Part shown: positions 21,108 through 31,501 of the stretch, one piece after another
Position numbering within the stretch: position 1 is the first letter of the stretch
Layout of the letters: each line of letters opens with the position of its first letter
Notes under the pieces: model-generated
Seen by the model: the letters and a program-made list of their open reading frames with translations, nothing else
Databases searched by the model: none
What the model was told of the DNA's origin: nothing
Made by a program: the position numbers and the translations under genes
From: an uncultured bacterium
GTDB taxonomy: Bacteria > Babelota > Babeliae > Babelales > Vermiphilaceae
DNA: 64,000 nucleotides
Direction: 5' to 3'
Assembly (NCBI GenBank): GCA_963707655.1
Contig: OY970172.1
Span: 864,001 to 928,000, forward strand

Positions 21108-22762
21108 TAAAAAACATTTTTATTCCTGAACGCCTTGGCTCTTATTTTATATTTCCTCAGCGGATTGTTGGGTTTGATATTACGAAAACAGATATCTATG
21201 CCACCCAAGTATATTTAAAGGGGCGTGCAATCGTAATAGAGGCAATTATTCACCAGTCAATTGAAGGAATGGGAAGCTATCAAGAAAAAGTCGCCGCTGC
21301 CTTGAATAAAATAATTCCCCAAATAGACGCGCGCAGCCTTACTTTCAGCTCGATTTCAAGTTCTGTGGTGATAGCAAAAACCATAAAGCTCCCTTTTGTT
21401 AATTATGAAAAAATTAAAATGATCATAGCGTATGAAATTGAGCCGCTGCTGCCTTTTCCCGCGGCAAACGCGATAATAGATTTTATTATCACCAAAACCA
21501 ATCCTGCAGAACATAGCGCAGAAATTTTTGTTGTAGCAGTGCAAAAGCAAAACATAGAAGATCATCTAGCTCTTTTTAAGCAGGTCAACCTGACACCGCA
21601 TTTAATTACGGTAGATATGCTCGCTCTCTACATGCTTTATGAACGCATGCCCGCGTACCAACAATTAACAGCAGGGCAAAATATTGTGCTGCTTGATATT
21701 GGCAATTACGAAACCAGAATGGCCTATCTTTTTGATGGGCAAATCAAACTGTTGCGCACATTGCCGCAGGGCATTCTTGATCAGCTCAAAAATGTTTCCA
21801 AGCAATTAAATATTGGTTTTGGCGAAGTGCATGAGCTTCTTATCCGTTTTGGAATGCAAAGCAACAGTGATGCGAATTTTGATGCAGCACTGCAGAGCGC
21901 AATGAACAATTTTGTTAAAGAAATTTCATTCACCATAAACTCGTTCGTGCAACAAACAGGAAGTAACCTTGGCCAGCTCAACAAAATAATTCTTATAGGC
22001 GGATCGGAAATAAAAGGACTTGATGATTTTATTTCACGAACTCTGGCAACACCATGCGAACCTTGCAAGCCAACTGAATTTTTACATGACCACCAGCTCA
22101 GCATGCTCCCCAACAAAGGGGCAATCACTCCCAATGCATTGATCAGTCTGGGCACCGCTTTGGGTTCCGTTTCTGAAAATCCATTTAATCTTATGCCACC
22201 GGAATATGGCAGACAAGATTCAACCCTGTTTAATTATCAGCTTATCACCGGGGCTTTACTCAGTGTTTTTCTACTTCTTGGCTTATGGGCGACCGGATAT
22301 TGGCAGATACGATCTCTCAACAACGAAGCGTATAGTTCTGTTGAGCAGACAATAACAGAATTGAAGGAGGCTTTTCCCAAGGCAGAAGATTTGGATGTCG
22401 AAGGGGATACGCCACTGGAAAGACTTGACGCAGCCGTGGGAATAGCATCAAGCATAGTGACCAAACAAGAGAAATTGGTAAATGAGTTTTCTAACACCTC
22501 GCGCACGGCGCTAGTGACTTATTTAATTGAGCTTTCAACAATACTAGATGCTTCAGCATTGGACCTAAAGGCATTTAAAATTTCTATAACCCCAGAGAGA
22601 ATGATTTTTAACGGCTCGGTTGCCCACTTAAAAGATGCGCCTCAAGTACGGCAATTGCTGATGCAGTCCCCTCTTTTTGGAGAGATAACACCGCCTGAGG
22701 CTTTTGAAACTACTACATTTAACGCAACCATAGCACTCAAAAAACCGCGAGGTGGTTCATGA
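21104..22762 (+). CDS. GspL/PilM-like actin-fold assembly platform protein
   Basis: IVGFDI, KLPF...IAYEIEPLLPF, LLDIG, IILIGG, then TM and periplasmic domain; overlaps gspD stop (ATGA). Confidence 0.75.
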   Translation: MIKNIFIPERLGSYFIFPQRIVGFDITKTDIYATQVYLKGRAIVIEAIIHQSIEGMGSYQEKVAAALNKIIPQIDARSLTFSSISSSVVIAKTIKLPFVNYEKIKMIIAYEIEPLLPFPAANAIIDFIITKTNPAEHSAEIFVVAVQKQNIEDHLALFKQVNLTPHLITVDMLALYMLYERMPAYQQLTAGQNIVLLDIGNYETRMAYLFDGQIKLLRTLPQGILDQLKNVSKQLNIGFGEVHELLIRFGMQSNSDANFDAALQSAMNNFVKEISFTINSFVQQTGSNLGQLNKIILIGGSEIKGLDDFISRTLATPCEPCKPTEFLHDHQLSMLPNKGAITPNALISLGTALGSVSENPFNLMPPEYGRQDSTLFNYQLITGALLSVFLLLGLWATGYWQIRSLNNEAYSSVEQTITELKEAFPKAEDLDVEGDTPLERLDAAVGIASSIVTKQEKLVNEFSNTSRTALVTYLIELSTILDASALDLKAFKISITPERMIFNGSVAHLKDAPQVRQLLMQSPLFGEITPPEAFETTTFNATIALKKPRGGS

Positions 22763-23304
22763 AATTCTTGGAACCAATAAAAAATTTTATCGAATCAAAA
22801 GATCAAAAAGAATTTTTGCGATACTTAATTATCAGCCTTGGAGTTATCGTATTTTTAGCTGTTCTTGTTTTGTGGTGGCGCCATTATCGGTTATCATCTG
22901 CAGAAGAAATGATACAAGATATTAATACCGAGCGAGAACAGGTAAAGCAGATCTTGAGTAAACACAAGCATCTGGAAAAAGAGGAAAAAGATCTGAATGA
23001 GCTTATGGCAAAAAATCCTGATTTTACCATTCTTGGCTACATAACCCACTTACTCGATGAATTTAGGCTCAGGTCCAGTACTCCTCTTGAGGAAAACATC
23101 AGTGCAGGCGCAGGAACCGATACGTATGCAGAAATTATATCGCACATAGAGATTGTCGATACTGACATGCAAACCTTAGCAAAATTATTTCAAGAAATTG
23201 AAAAAGAAAAACGAGTCAGCATCAAGTCGATTGATATTACCCGAGCAAAACCAACAACCGTTAACGTCAGACTTGAAATAGCTACATTGCGTAAAAAAAC
23301 ATAA
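22759..23304 (+). CDS. GspM-like inner membrane protein
   Basis: N-terminal TM, coiled coil and ferredoxin-like C-terminus; position after GspL-like gene. Confidence 0.6.
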   Translation: MKFLEPIKNFIESKDQKEFLRYLIISLGVIVFLAVLVLWWRHYRLSSAEEMIQDINTEREQVKQILSKHKHLEKEEKDLNELMAKNPDFTILGYITHLLDEFRLRSSTPLEENISAGAGTDTYAEIISHIEIVDTDMQTLAKLFQEIEKEKRVSIKSIDITRAKPTTVNVRLEIATLRKKT

Positions 23305-23314
23305 TAAATAGCCC

Positions 23315-25981
23315 ATGATAACAGGGAAGAACAGCGTGCTATCATTAAAAAAAAATAGAATAATGTATGTGTTGTCTTATCTAATATTTTTTTCTCCCCT
23401 TCTTATTGCGGCTTCCCAAACTGTTGGTGAACAACATGCATTGCTGTTCAAAAATATTGCGGTCGAAGAAGCTGCGCAAGCAAAAAAAAGAGGAAAAAAA
23501 ACAGCTCCTAAAAAAAATATCACTATCGATTACACAGATGAAGCGTTGATTGATGTAATCAATGCTATTGCAGCAAAAAAACAAATCAATATTGTGCTCC
23601 CCATAAAAGAGCAATTGGAACAACTTTCAAAATGTAAAGTCACCGTCCATCTCAAAGAAAAACTTACTTTAGAAGAAGCGTGGAGTTTTTTGATAACGTT
23701 GCTTGATTTTGAAGGATACAGCCTTATTAAAGAGGCTGATATTTATGAAATAGTAAAAAATAGCAAAGATATCAATAGAGAACCACTTCCGCTTTATATT
23801 GGTACGGAAGTTGATCAACTTCCCGATACTGATCAGCGCATTCGCTACATTTATTATCTTTCTAATTTAAAGCTTGATCCCAATGCCAACAAAGATAAAA
23901 AAAATGAAGTTTATGCGCTATTAGATACTTTATTGCCCCAGATCAAAGATGCACCTAACACCTACCTTGATGCAAACACCAACAGCATTATTTTTTCTGA
24001 AAAATCAAACAGCATAAAATCAGCAGCAAAAGTAATCCAATACCTTGATCAGCTTGAAATACAGGAGAAAATGGAATTTATTAAGCTCCGCTATCTTGAT
24101 GCAAAATTTGTCGCCGATCTTTTTAATAAAGAGATTACCCCTCCAGTTGCCAATACGTATCTGACAAACACTCCTGCTTCTGACGCCGGCTACTTTTCTC
24201 AAAAATTAAAAATAATGGCCGATACAAAAAACAATGCCTTAATAGTGCTTGGTAAAACACAGGCGATTGAGCGCGTAAAAGATTTTATTTTTAAATATCT
24301 GGATGCTCCTCTTGATGAGGGGCACACTATGCTGCATGTCTATCAATTGCAATATCTTGACGCGGGAGACTTTGCGCCAATATTGGAGCGTGTCGTAAAA
24401 AATGAAAGCAAAAAAAGTACTGGGCAATCAACTACTGCAGCAGGAGCAGCAACAGAAGGACCTGAGCGCTTTTTTGGTGAAGTTATTGTAAAATCTGATG
24501 CGCCCGATAACAAAACGTCTGAAGAGAATAAATACTGGGGAGGCAATAAGTTGGTTATTGCCTGTAGCGGCGAAGACTGGAAACGCATTAAACAACTGAT
24601 AGAAGAGCTGGATATCCCTCAGGCGCAAGTGGTAATTGAAGTATTGATTGCAGAATTAACATCAAAACAAACCAGACAGCTGGGCAGCATGTTGCGCAAT
24701 CCGGCTTGTTTTCCTTTTCCTCGCAACATGAATGCTCAATCGGCTCAACTAACCGGCGTTATTACCGATGCTACACAAGCCGGCGTTTCTCCGGCAATTA
24801 CTCCTCCCACCACTATACAGGCAGACTTGTTGGGAAATGTTTTAGTGCCTGCATCAGCATCAGGGTCGACCGCAGGAGTGAGCCTTGCCAACCCTTCTTA
24901 CACACAAGCTGGCACATCAATGTTGGCCATTAGCGATAAAAGCACCGGATCGGTATGGAACATATTGGAAATACTCGATTTTCTCACCTGGGAAAACATT
25001 ATTACCAATCCACACGTAATCGCTATGAACAATGTGCAGACTGAGATTCTTGCCAAACAGAGCCGTTTTCTTATTGATAGAGCAGCTAACACTGCTGGTT
25101 CGGGTGCTACTGAAATTGTTAATAAATGGATAGACGCGCCGGTTGTAGTCAAGGTAACCCCCCGCATCAGCTCGGCGAATACCGTTAACCTTAACCTGGA
25201 TATATCTATTGACGAATTCAATACACCTTCTTCGCAAGTAGATACCCAAAATCCAACTCAACAGACTCGTGCAACACGCAAATTGCAAACCAACGCCAAT
25301 GTTGCCAGTGGTGATATTCTTACTCTGGGCGGACTCACTCGTCATGATGATTCCGATAACGTTACCCGCACTCCTGTCTTGGGCCAATTGCCGATTATTG
25401 GTTATTTATTTAAAAACCGCAGTAAAACCGAATCGGAAACGAGCCTTACGGTATTTATTTGTCCAACAATCATTCAGCCTCGCCTGAGAAGCGGTATAAG
25501 TACCTATACAAACGACTATGTCAAAATATCCAAAGACTATATACAGGAAGGCGGCCTTTTTGAATCATTGAGAGATCCGATTACCCGTTGGTTCTTTACC
25601 AATGTTGAAAACAATCCTATACAGGATGTTGATGACTTTATGAATGAAGATGTGGTGAGGCGCAAAGAGTCTTTTATTCCTCAACTAGCCGAGCAGGAAA
25701 TTAAAACACAAGATGAATATCGTGTTATAGGTGGAGAGTTCTCAAGCCAAAACGCTCTCAATTCACCAAAGCCGGTGGACAACAAATCTCTCGTGGCACA
25801 GGCAACAGATGAAAGCCAAACACGAATTGTTGCATCGCAAGAACCTACACGTTCCCCTATACGAACAAGCATTATGTCTTTGGCAAAAAATGAAAGAAAT
25901 AGAGAAGCCGATACAGAAAACCCAACGGCACAGATAAAGGAAATGTATAAGAATCTACACAATCCCTTGTTAAGAAGCTAA
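23315..25981 (+). CDS. gspD: second secretin (GspD-like)
   Basis: LDIPQAQVVIEVLI, VTPRIS, LTLGGL, RTPVLGQLPIIGYLFK; collinear with 18669..21107. Confidence 0.88.
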   Translation: MITGKNSVLSLKKNRIMYVLSYLIFFSPLLIAASQTVGEQHALLFKNIAVEEAAQAKKRGKKTAPKKNITIDYTDEALIDVINAIAAKKQINIVLPIKEQLEQLSKCKVTVHLKEKLTLEEAWSFLITLLDFEGYSLIKEADIYEIVKNSKDINREPLPLYIGTEVDQLPDTDQRIRYIYYLSNLKLDPNANKDKKNEVYALLDTLLPQIKDAPNTYLDANTNSIIFSEKSNSIKSAAKVIQYLDQLEIQEKMEFIKLRYLDAKFVADLFNKEITPPVANTYLTNTPASDAGYFSQKLKIMADTKNNALIVLGKTQAIERVKDFIFKYLDAPLDEGHTMLHVYQLQYLDAGDFAPILERVVKNESKKSTGQSTTAAGAATEGPERFFGEVIVKSDAPDNKTSEENKYWGGNKLVIACSGEDWKRIKQLIEELDIPQAQVVIEVLIAELTSKQTRQLGSMLRNPACFPFPRNMNAQSAQLTGVITDATQAGVSPAITPPTTIQADLLGNVLVPASASGSTAGVSLANPSYTQAGTSMLAISDKSTGSVWNILEILDFLTWENIITNPHVIAMNNVQTEILAKQSRFLIDRAANTAGSGATEIVNKWIDAPVVVKVTPRISSANTVNLNLDISIDEFNTPSSQVDTQNPTQQTRATRKLQTNANVASGDILTLGGLTRHDDSDNVTRTPVLGQLPIIGYLFKNRSKTESETSLTVFICPTIIQPRLRSGISTYTNDYVKISKDYIQEGGLFESLRDPITRWFFTNVENNPIQDVDDFMNEDVVRRKESFIPQLAEQEIKTQDEYRVIGGEFSSQNALNSPKPVDNKSLVAQATDESQTRIVASQEPTRSPIRTSIMSLAKNERNREADTENPTAQIKEMYKNLHNPLLRS

Positions 25982-27220
25982 TAATGATAACATTAAACTG
26001 TCTTCTATGCGTAATAGATGATTGTATTTAGCTAATCGCTCTCCGCGACAGGGCGCACCAGCCTTGAGGTGTCCTGCGCTTGCTCCCACGGCAATATCTA
26101 CAATGAGAGTTTCATTTGTTTCTCCTGCAGAAGATGAAAGCATGGTCAACATACCATGTTCTCTGCATAAATTAATCGCTTGCAAGGCCTCGGTTATGGT
26201 GCCAATTTGGTGCGGCTGTATGGCTGCTGCCGTAGCTGATTGGTTCTCAATCGCCGATGCGATGCGATAAGGAGAGCTGGCAAAAATGTCTCCACCAACA
26301 ATATGCACCGATTCGCCCAATGATTTGGTCAATGCTTGCCATCCGCTCACATCAGAGCTTGCAAGACCGTCTTCTATAGAATACAGGGGATAGCTTTGGG
26401 CCAGTTTTTCATACCATGCGATCATGCCTTCTGCGGTATACTGCTCGTCTTGCCACGAGTATAGTCCTGTCTTTGCATCGTACAAATGGGAGGCCGCAAT
26501 ATTAAGGCCCAATGAAACAGCATCTTGCGCTTGAGTAATCTCTATCGCTTCCATAGTTAAATCGAGAAGCTCCTGAACATCGGTAATGTCAGGGGTCATG
26601 CCACCTTCATCGCCCACTGCAATGCGGAAGCCTTTTTTTAATAACAGGGCACGCAGGGTGTGATAAATAGTTGCTGCCAATTCCATTGATTCACGAAACG
26701 ACCCTGCCCCATTTGGCACCAGCATGAGCTCCTGCAGCTTGAGATGGGTATCGGCAAATATACCGCCATTCACCAATGTAAACAAGGGAAAGGGGATAGA
26801 TACAGAGCTCTGGTCGCACAAATGTGCAATAAGTTCAAAAGGTTCTATTTCTTCTAAAAAAGCCTGCGCTTTCAATAATGCGCTGCTGGCCGCAAAAATA
26901 GTGTTCCCACCCAAATTTGACTTATCTTCAGTGCCATCAAGCTCTGTCATGAGCAGATCCATTTCAACGACTGCTGGCTCTTTGCCAATCAACTGAGGGG
27001 CTATGACCGTTTCAAGTTTTTCAATAGCTTTGGCAACTCCTTTGCCAAAAAGTCGCACATCTCCATCTCTTAACTGGGTAACTTCATATGCGCCGGGAAA
27101 TATAGAGCTTGGTGAAGCTGCAGCTACTGTTATTCCCTCTTCCAACCCAATTTCACATTCGATAGTAGGAAACCCACGCGAGTCAAAAATTTCACGTCCA
27201 ATAACTTTGGTAATTTTCAT
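25970..27220 (-). CDS. eno: enolase homologue with degenerate active site
   Basis: Full-length enolase frame (REIFDSRG.PT, VGDEGG, SIEDGL, ERLAKYNHLLRIE) but many catalytic motifs substituted. Confidence 0.9.
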   Translation of the reverse strand: MKITKVIGREIFDSRGFPTIECEIGLEEGITVAAASPSSIFPGAYEVTQLRDGDVRLFGKGVAKAIEKLETVIAPQLIGKEPAVVEMDLLMTELDGTEDKSNLGGNTIFAASSALLKAQAFLEEIEPFELIAHLCDQSSVSIPFPLFTLVNGGIFADTHLKLQELMLVPNGAGSFRESMELAATIYHTLRALLLKKGFRIAVGDEGGMTPDITDVQELLDLTMEAIEITQAQDAVSLGLNIAASHLYDAKTGLYSWQDEQYTAEGMIAWYEKLAQSYPLYSIEDGLASSDVSGWQALTKSLGESVHIVGGDIFASSPYRIASAIENQSATAAAIQPHQIGTITEALQAINLCREHGMLTMLSSSAGETNETLIVDIAVGASAGHLKAGAPCRGERLAKYNHLLRIEDSLMLSLLAS

Positions 27221-27418
27221 ACAACTTCCTCATTCTTTTTTTAAGATCATTTCACAAATATGATTCAATAATAATACATAGATTACTATAGTGAATCATA
27301 TAAATAAAAAAAGAGGATTAATTAAATGGGCAGGGCAAACACGTTTAATTTTTTTAACGCGATGGAGAAAAAATGTATGGGCCAATCAAGGCTGTGACTT
27401 GATATAAAAACTAGGCTT

Positions 27419-28000
27419 TTAAACCAATTTTTTTTCATAATAAACATAGCCTTCATCCCGCTCATATTCGGTAAAACCACTACGAACATAGACAGCCTGT
27501 GCTTTTAGATTTGTTGTTCTTGTTGGCAAACGAGCTAATTGGCAACCCTCTTTTTTCAACTCTTCAAGCGCAGCTTCAAGCAAGATTTGAGCAAACCGCT
27601 TCCCGCGATATTTTTCATCTACACACAGAAACAGGATTTGTCCCACGTAAAAGCTCTTCTTGTAATAGGCGACAAAACCAATCAGCTGGTCATCTTTTCT
27701 CATTACTTTGATTTTTAATTTACCAAAGTAGCGCGGCTCATACATACTCGGCGCCATGTTATGAAGAATAAAGTCGATTTTGTCTTTAAAGTAATAGTCA
27801 GGTGTTGCAATTAACCAGTGCCAATTATCTTTTATGAGCCTATGAACATCATTTTCATCACGTGCTGCGTTATATTCATAGATGTCTTCTTGTTGTTGTA
27901 CGTGTGTGTGGCGCTTGTAATAAAGGCCGCCGATTATTGATAATCCGCCAACGACTAGTGCCAGCACAAGCAGCAGGCGTAATTTGTTGTTTTTATTCAT
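27419..28000 (-). CDS. GNAT N-acetyltransferase with N-terminal membrane anchor
   Basis: LCVDEKYRGKRFA acetyl-CoA motif, N..AQAVYVRSGF. Confidence 0.85.
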   Translation of the reverse strand: MNKNNKLRLLLVLALVVGGLSIIGGLYYKRHTHVQQQEDIYEYNAARDENDVHRLIKDNWHWLIATPDYYFKDKIDFILHNMAPSMYEPRYFGKLKIKVMRKDDQLIGFVAYYKKSFYVGQILFLCVDEKYRGKRFAQILLEAALEELKKEGCQLARLPTRTTNLKAQAVYVRSGFTEYERDEGYVYYEKKLV

Positions 28001-28748
28001 GATTTTTCCCGTATTTTATTTTATACAATAGTAAACCATGCGGTGGAGCATTAGGCAAGATTTGCACGGGATTTTTCTTTTCAAGGGCCTCTTTTAAAGC
28101 ACTAATTGGGGTTTCATGTTGGTATGCGACCGTGAGCGCAGCTCCCGCAATGCGGCGAATCATGTGTCTTAAAAAAGCCGGGCCATTTACGACAATGCGA
28201 TACGCGCCCCATTTTTTAAATTGTTCTACATGAATACTATTGATTGTGCGAGTCTTGTCTTCACGCGTATCTTCGCTGCTGGAAAATGAACTAAAATCAT
28301 GTGTGCCGACAAAAATCTGCAATCCTTCTTTGAGTTTTTCTAGATCAACTGGTTTTTGTATGTACCAGCCATAACCTTGCACAAAGGGCAGCGGACGCTG
28401 CAGAAAGAAATGATAATGGTAGGTTTTTGATTCAATATTGGCATAAATATTGTGATTTTCATCAACGAGTTGGATAGAGCGAATGAGAATATCGGCAGGA
28501 AGGCGATTGTTCCAGGCATATTTAAGCTGCTCGGCGTCGATCGTTAAGTCTGTTTTAAAAGTAACCACCTGGCCCAAAGAATGTACACCCGCATCGGTGC
28601 GCGATGCACCCCGCACAATAATTTCACGATCAAAAATTCTTTTAAATGAATCTTGCATCGTGGCCGCAACAGACGGTAGCTCTTTTTGAGCCTGCCAACC
28701 GCAGTAGCGGGCGCCATCATAGGCAACAATTAATTTGTAACGGTTCAA
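27993..28748 (-). CDS. truA: tRNA pseudouridine(38-40) synthase
   Basis: YDGARYCGWQ, GASRTDAGVHSLGQ, GTHDFSSF, FLRHMIR, APPHGLLL. Confidence 0.96.
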   Translation of the reverse strand: MNRYKLIVAYDGARYCGWQAQKELPSVAATMQDSFKRIFDREIIVRGASRTDAGVHSLGQVVTFKTDLTIDAEQLKYAWNNRLPADILIRSIQLVDENHNIYANIESKTYHYHFFLQRPLPFVQGYGWYIQKPVDLEKLKEGLQIFVGTHDFSSFSSSEDTREDKTRTINSIHVEQFKKWGAYRIVVNGPAFLRHMIRRIAGAALTVAYQHETPISALKEALEKKNPVQILPNAPPHGLLLYKIKYGKNHE

Positions 28749-28760
28749 GTTTTTCTATTT

Positions 28761-29111
28761 TTACTTTTCGTTGTGTTTTTTTATAAGAAAGTAAGCGGCG
28801 AGTGTACCCACAAAACCAATGCCAAATCCTGCTACAAACGGCACCCTCAGCTCGGGATTCAATAGTGGCTGTGGTTGGCTGATCACCAACTCATCGAGCC
28901 GTTCTTCGTGTTGGCGTATTTGCGCTTTGAGTCTAGCGTTTTCAGCCTCTAGTGTAGCAATTCTTTTATTATTAAAAATGTCAGAAAAGTAAGACGTTCT
29001 TTTAAAAAAAGATCCCGCAGCCAAGGAATCATCCTGATCCATTGCATGGGTTGAGCCGACACTCAATAAAGAAAAAACAACTGCCACAGCTGCGATATCC
29101 ATCAGTTTCAT
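28761..29111 (-). CDS. secreted/membrane hypothetical: signal peptide, coiled coil, C-terminal TM
   Basis: ...STHA|MDQ; RIATLEAENARLKAQI; FVAGFGIGFVGTLAAYFLIKK. Confidence 0.7.
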   Translation of the reverse strand: MKLMDIAAVAVVFSLLSVGSTHAMDQDDSLAAGSFFKRTSYFSDIFNNKRIATLEAENARLKAQIRQHEERLDELVISQPQPLLNPELRVPFVAGFGIGFVGTLAAYFLIKKHNEK

Positions 29112-29142
29112 AATAATTTTCTCCGGCGATAATCGGCATTTA

Positions 29143-29457
29143 CTATTTTGCTACAAGAGTGGCAACTAGAACCCCCACAAACAGGCCCAGCGTAGCAGTA
29201 CCTACGGCTTTCTTCATTTCAACCGCGCGCTGCATTTCCAGGTCTTCTTCCATTTTTTCTAACTCCGCTTTCAATGCATTATTTTCGATGCTTAATGCTT
29301 CAATTTTTCTAGCACCAAGAGGATCTTGAACAAATTCTTTAAGCTGTTGAACACACTCTGCCATTCTTTCTTGCAAGAGCGGATGAGAAGGTGTCTCATC
29401 ATAAGCCATCGACAGCGAGCAGGTAAACATAAGAACCGTTATAACTATTTTATTCAC
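29143..29457 (-). CDS. probable paralog of 28761..29111 (signal, coiled coil, C-terminal TM)
   Basis: MNKIVITVLMFTCSLSMA; KIEALSIENNALKAEL; ATLGLFVGVLVATLVAK. Confidence 0.7.
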   Translation of the reverse strand: MNKIVITVLMFTCSLSMAYDETPSHPLLQERMAECVQQLKEFVQDPLGARKIEALSIENNALKAELEKMEEDLEMQRAVEMKKAVGTATLGLFVGVLVATLVAK

Positions 29458-29537
29458 GAGTGATTTCGCCTTCTTGGGTTTGTTTCTGGAGACGTCGCTT
29501 GCAGCCTACTTTGCCGCAAGCGACTCCATAAATTCGG

Positions 29538-31336
29538 TTACTTTCTCAACGAAGCGCGCAATACTTTTTTACGCAAGCGGATGCTCTGCGGAGTCACTTC
29601 AATAAGCTCATCCGGCCTGATCCATTCCATACATGTTTCAAGTTCCATTCTGCGCACAGGAGCAAGTTTTACCGCATCATCGGTGCCAGAAGCACGCATG
29701 TTGGTTAATTTCTTCTGTTTGCACGGATTCACATCAAGATCATTATCACGGCTACATTCACCAATGATTTGGCCTTCATACACTTCATCAGTTGGCTCAA
29801 CAAACAAGATACCGCGCTCTTTGAGCGTATCGAGCGCAAAGGCGGTGACTGTTCCCTTTTCCATAGAGACCATAGCACCTTTGGTACGGGTTGGGATGTC
29901 GCCTTTGTATGGTTGATACCCATGGAAACTATAGTGAGCAATCCGGTACCGCGTGTGTCGGTTAAAAATTGACCGCGGAATCCGAGCAACGCGCGTGAAG
30001 GAACTTCGTATTCAAGGCGCACGCGACCGTTTTCATAGGCATGCATGTTTTTCATTTGTGCTTTGCGTTTGCCCATGTTTTCCATCACTGCACCTTGATA
30101 TTCCTCAGGAACATCGATCACTACAAATTCGATGGGCTCGTTTTTAACTCCATCAATTGTTTTATAAATCACTTCAGGCGCAGAAAGTTGCAATTCAAAA
30201 CCTTCGCGACGCATGTTTTCAACCAAAATACCCAAATGCAATTGCCCACGACCGGCAAGCTTAAATGATTCGGTTGAGGTTGTTGGTTCAACGCGAAGCG
30301 CCACGTTTACTTTTAATTCTTTTTCTAGGCGGTCTTTAATCTGGCGGGAGGTGAGCAATTTGCCCTCTCTGCCGTTAAAAGGAGAATCGTTTACAGACAA
30401 ATACATAGTTACGGTTGGCTCATCAACCTTTACGTATGGGTAGGGAGCCGGATGCTCAACATCGCACAAAGTAGTGCCGATGGTTGCCGGTTCAGTAAAC
30501 CCAGTTACCGCAACAATATCACCAAAAGAGGCATCGGGGGATTCTATTTTGCTCAAACCAAGAAATTTGAAAATTTTTGTTATTTTTAATGGCTTGCTCA
30601 CCGCATCATCTTTACACATGACCACTTGCTGGCCAACTTTCAACGAACCGCTAAAAATACGGCCAATCGCTATGGGCCCCAAGAAGTCAGAGTGATCAAG
30701 GCTGGTGACCAATAACTGCAAGCAATCTTTTTTAGCCTGCGGAGCAGGAATATATTTTGCAATTGCTTCAAAGAGGGGTTCCATGGTTCCTTCGCGCAAT
30801 TCAGGATTGTTTGAGGCAAAGCCAAAACGGGAAGAACCATAAAAGATAGGGAATTCCAGCTGACTTTCATCAGTGGCTAGATCGAGGAAAAGATCATGAA
30901 CCGCATTTTCTGTGCGCGCAATATCAGCATCTTTACGATCGATTTTATTAATAAATACAATAGGCTTTAAACCAAGAGCCAGTGCTTTTTGCAATACAAA
31001 GCGGGTGCCGGGCAATACCCCTTCAGCCGCGTCAACAACAAGCAAGAAGCCTTCAACCATTTGCAGGGTACGTTCAACTTCACCGCCAAAATCACTGTGA
31101 CCGGGGGTATCTACAATGTTAATTGTGTAATTGTTCCAGCGAATGCCGGTATTTTTTGCGAGAATGGTAATACCGCGTTCACGCTCAAGATCGTTTGAGT
31201 CCATTACTCGTTCAGTCGCATCTCCCTTAAGGGTGCCTGACTGACGTAACAATTGGTCAACCAGGGTTGTTTTACCATGGTCAACGTGGGCGATTATGGC
31301 TATATTTCTTATATCTGAACGTTCGTTTCTATTCAT
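29538..31336 (-). pseudogene. typA: translational GTPase TypA/BipA split by a 1-nt frameshift near 29935 (real lesion or sequencing error)
   Basis: [29 protein letters not shown]; the C-terminus (YSFHGYQPYKGDI...KKLTNMRASGTD...SIRLRK) continues in a different frame. Confidence 0.9.
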
Positions 31337-31454
31337 ACATTTACCCCTGAAAGCTCCCCCTGTTTTAAAACTCAGGGCTCTATTGGTATTAAATAATTGT
31401 TTGTTTTTCTAACTGTAACATATTTTAGATAATTTGCTAGGCTCGGTCATTACA

Positions 31455-31483
31455 AATAGAGCCCGCTTTTTGCGGGCTCTATT
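31455..31483 (-). terminator. intrinsic terminator-like hairpin after rpsF-rpsR
   Basis: Perfect 12-bp inverted repeat aatagagcccgc-N5-gcgggctctatt. Confidence 0.7.
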
Positions 31484-31501
31484 GCTACACATGGTATCTT
31501 A

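Noticed and set aside
29925..29945. Programmed ribosomal frameshift in typA
   Set aside because: No slippery heptamer or homopolymer at the break, and I know of no precedent for typA.
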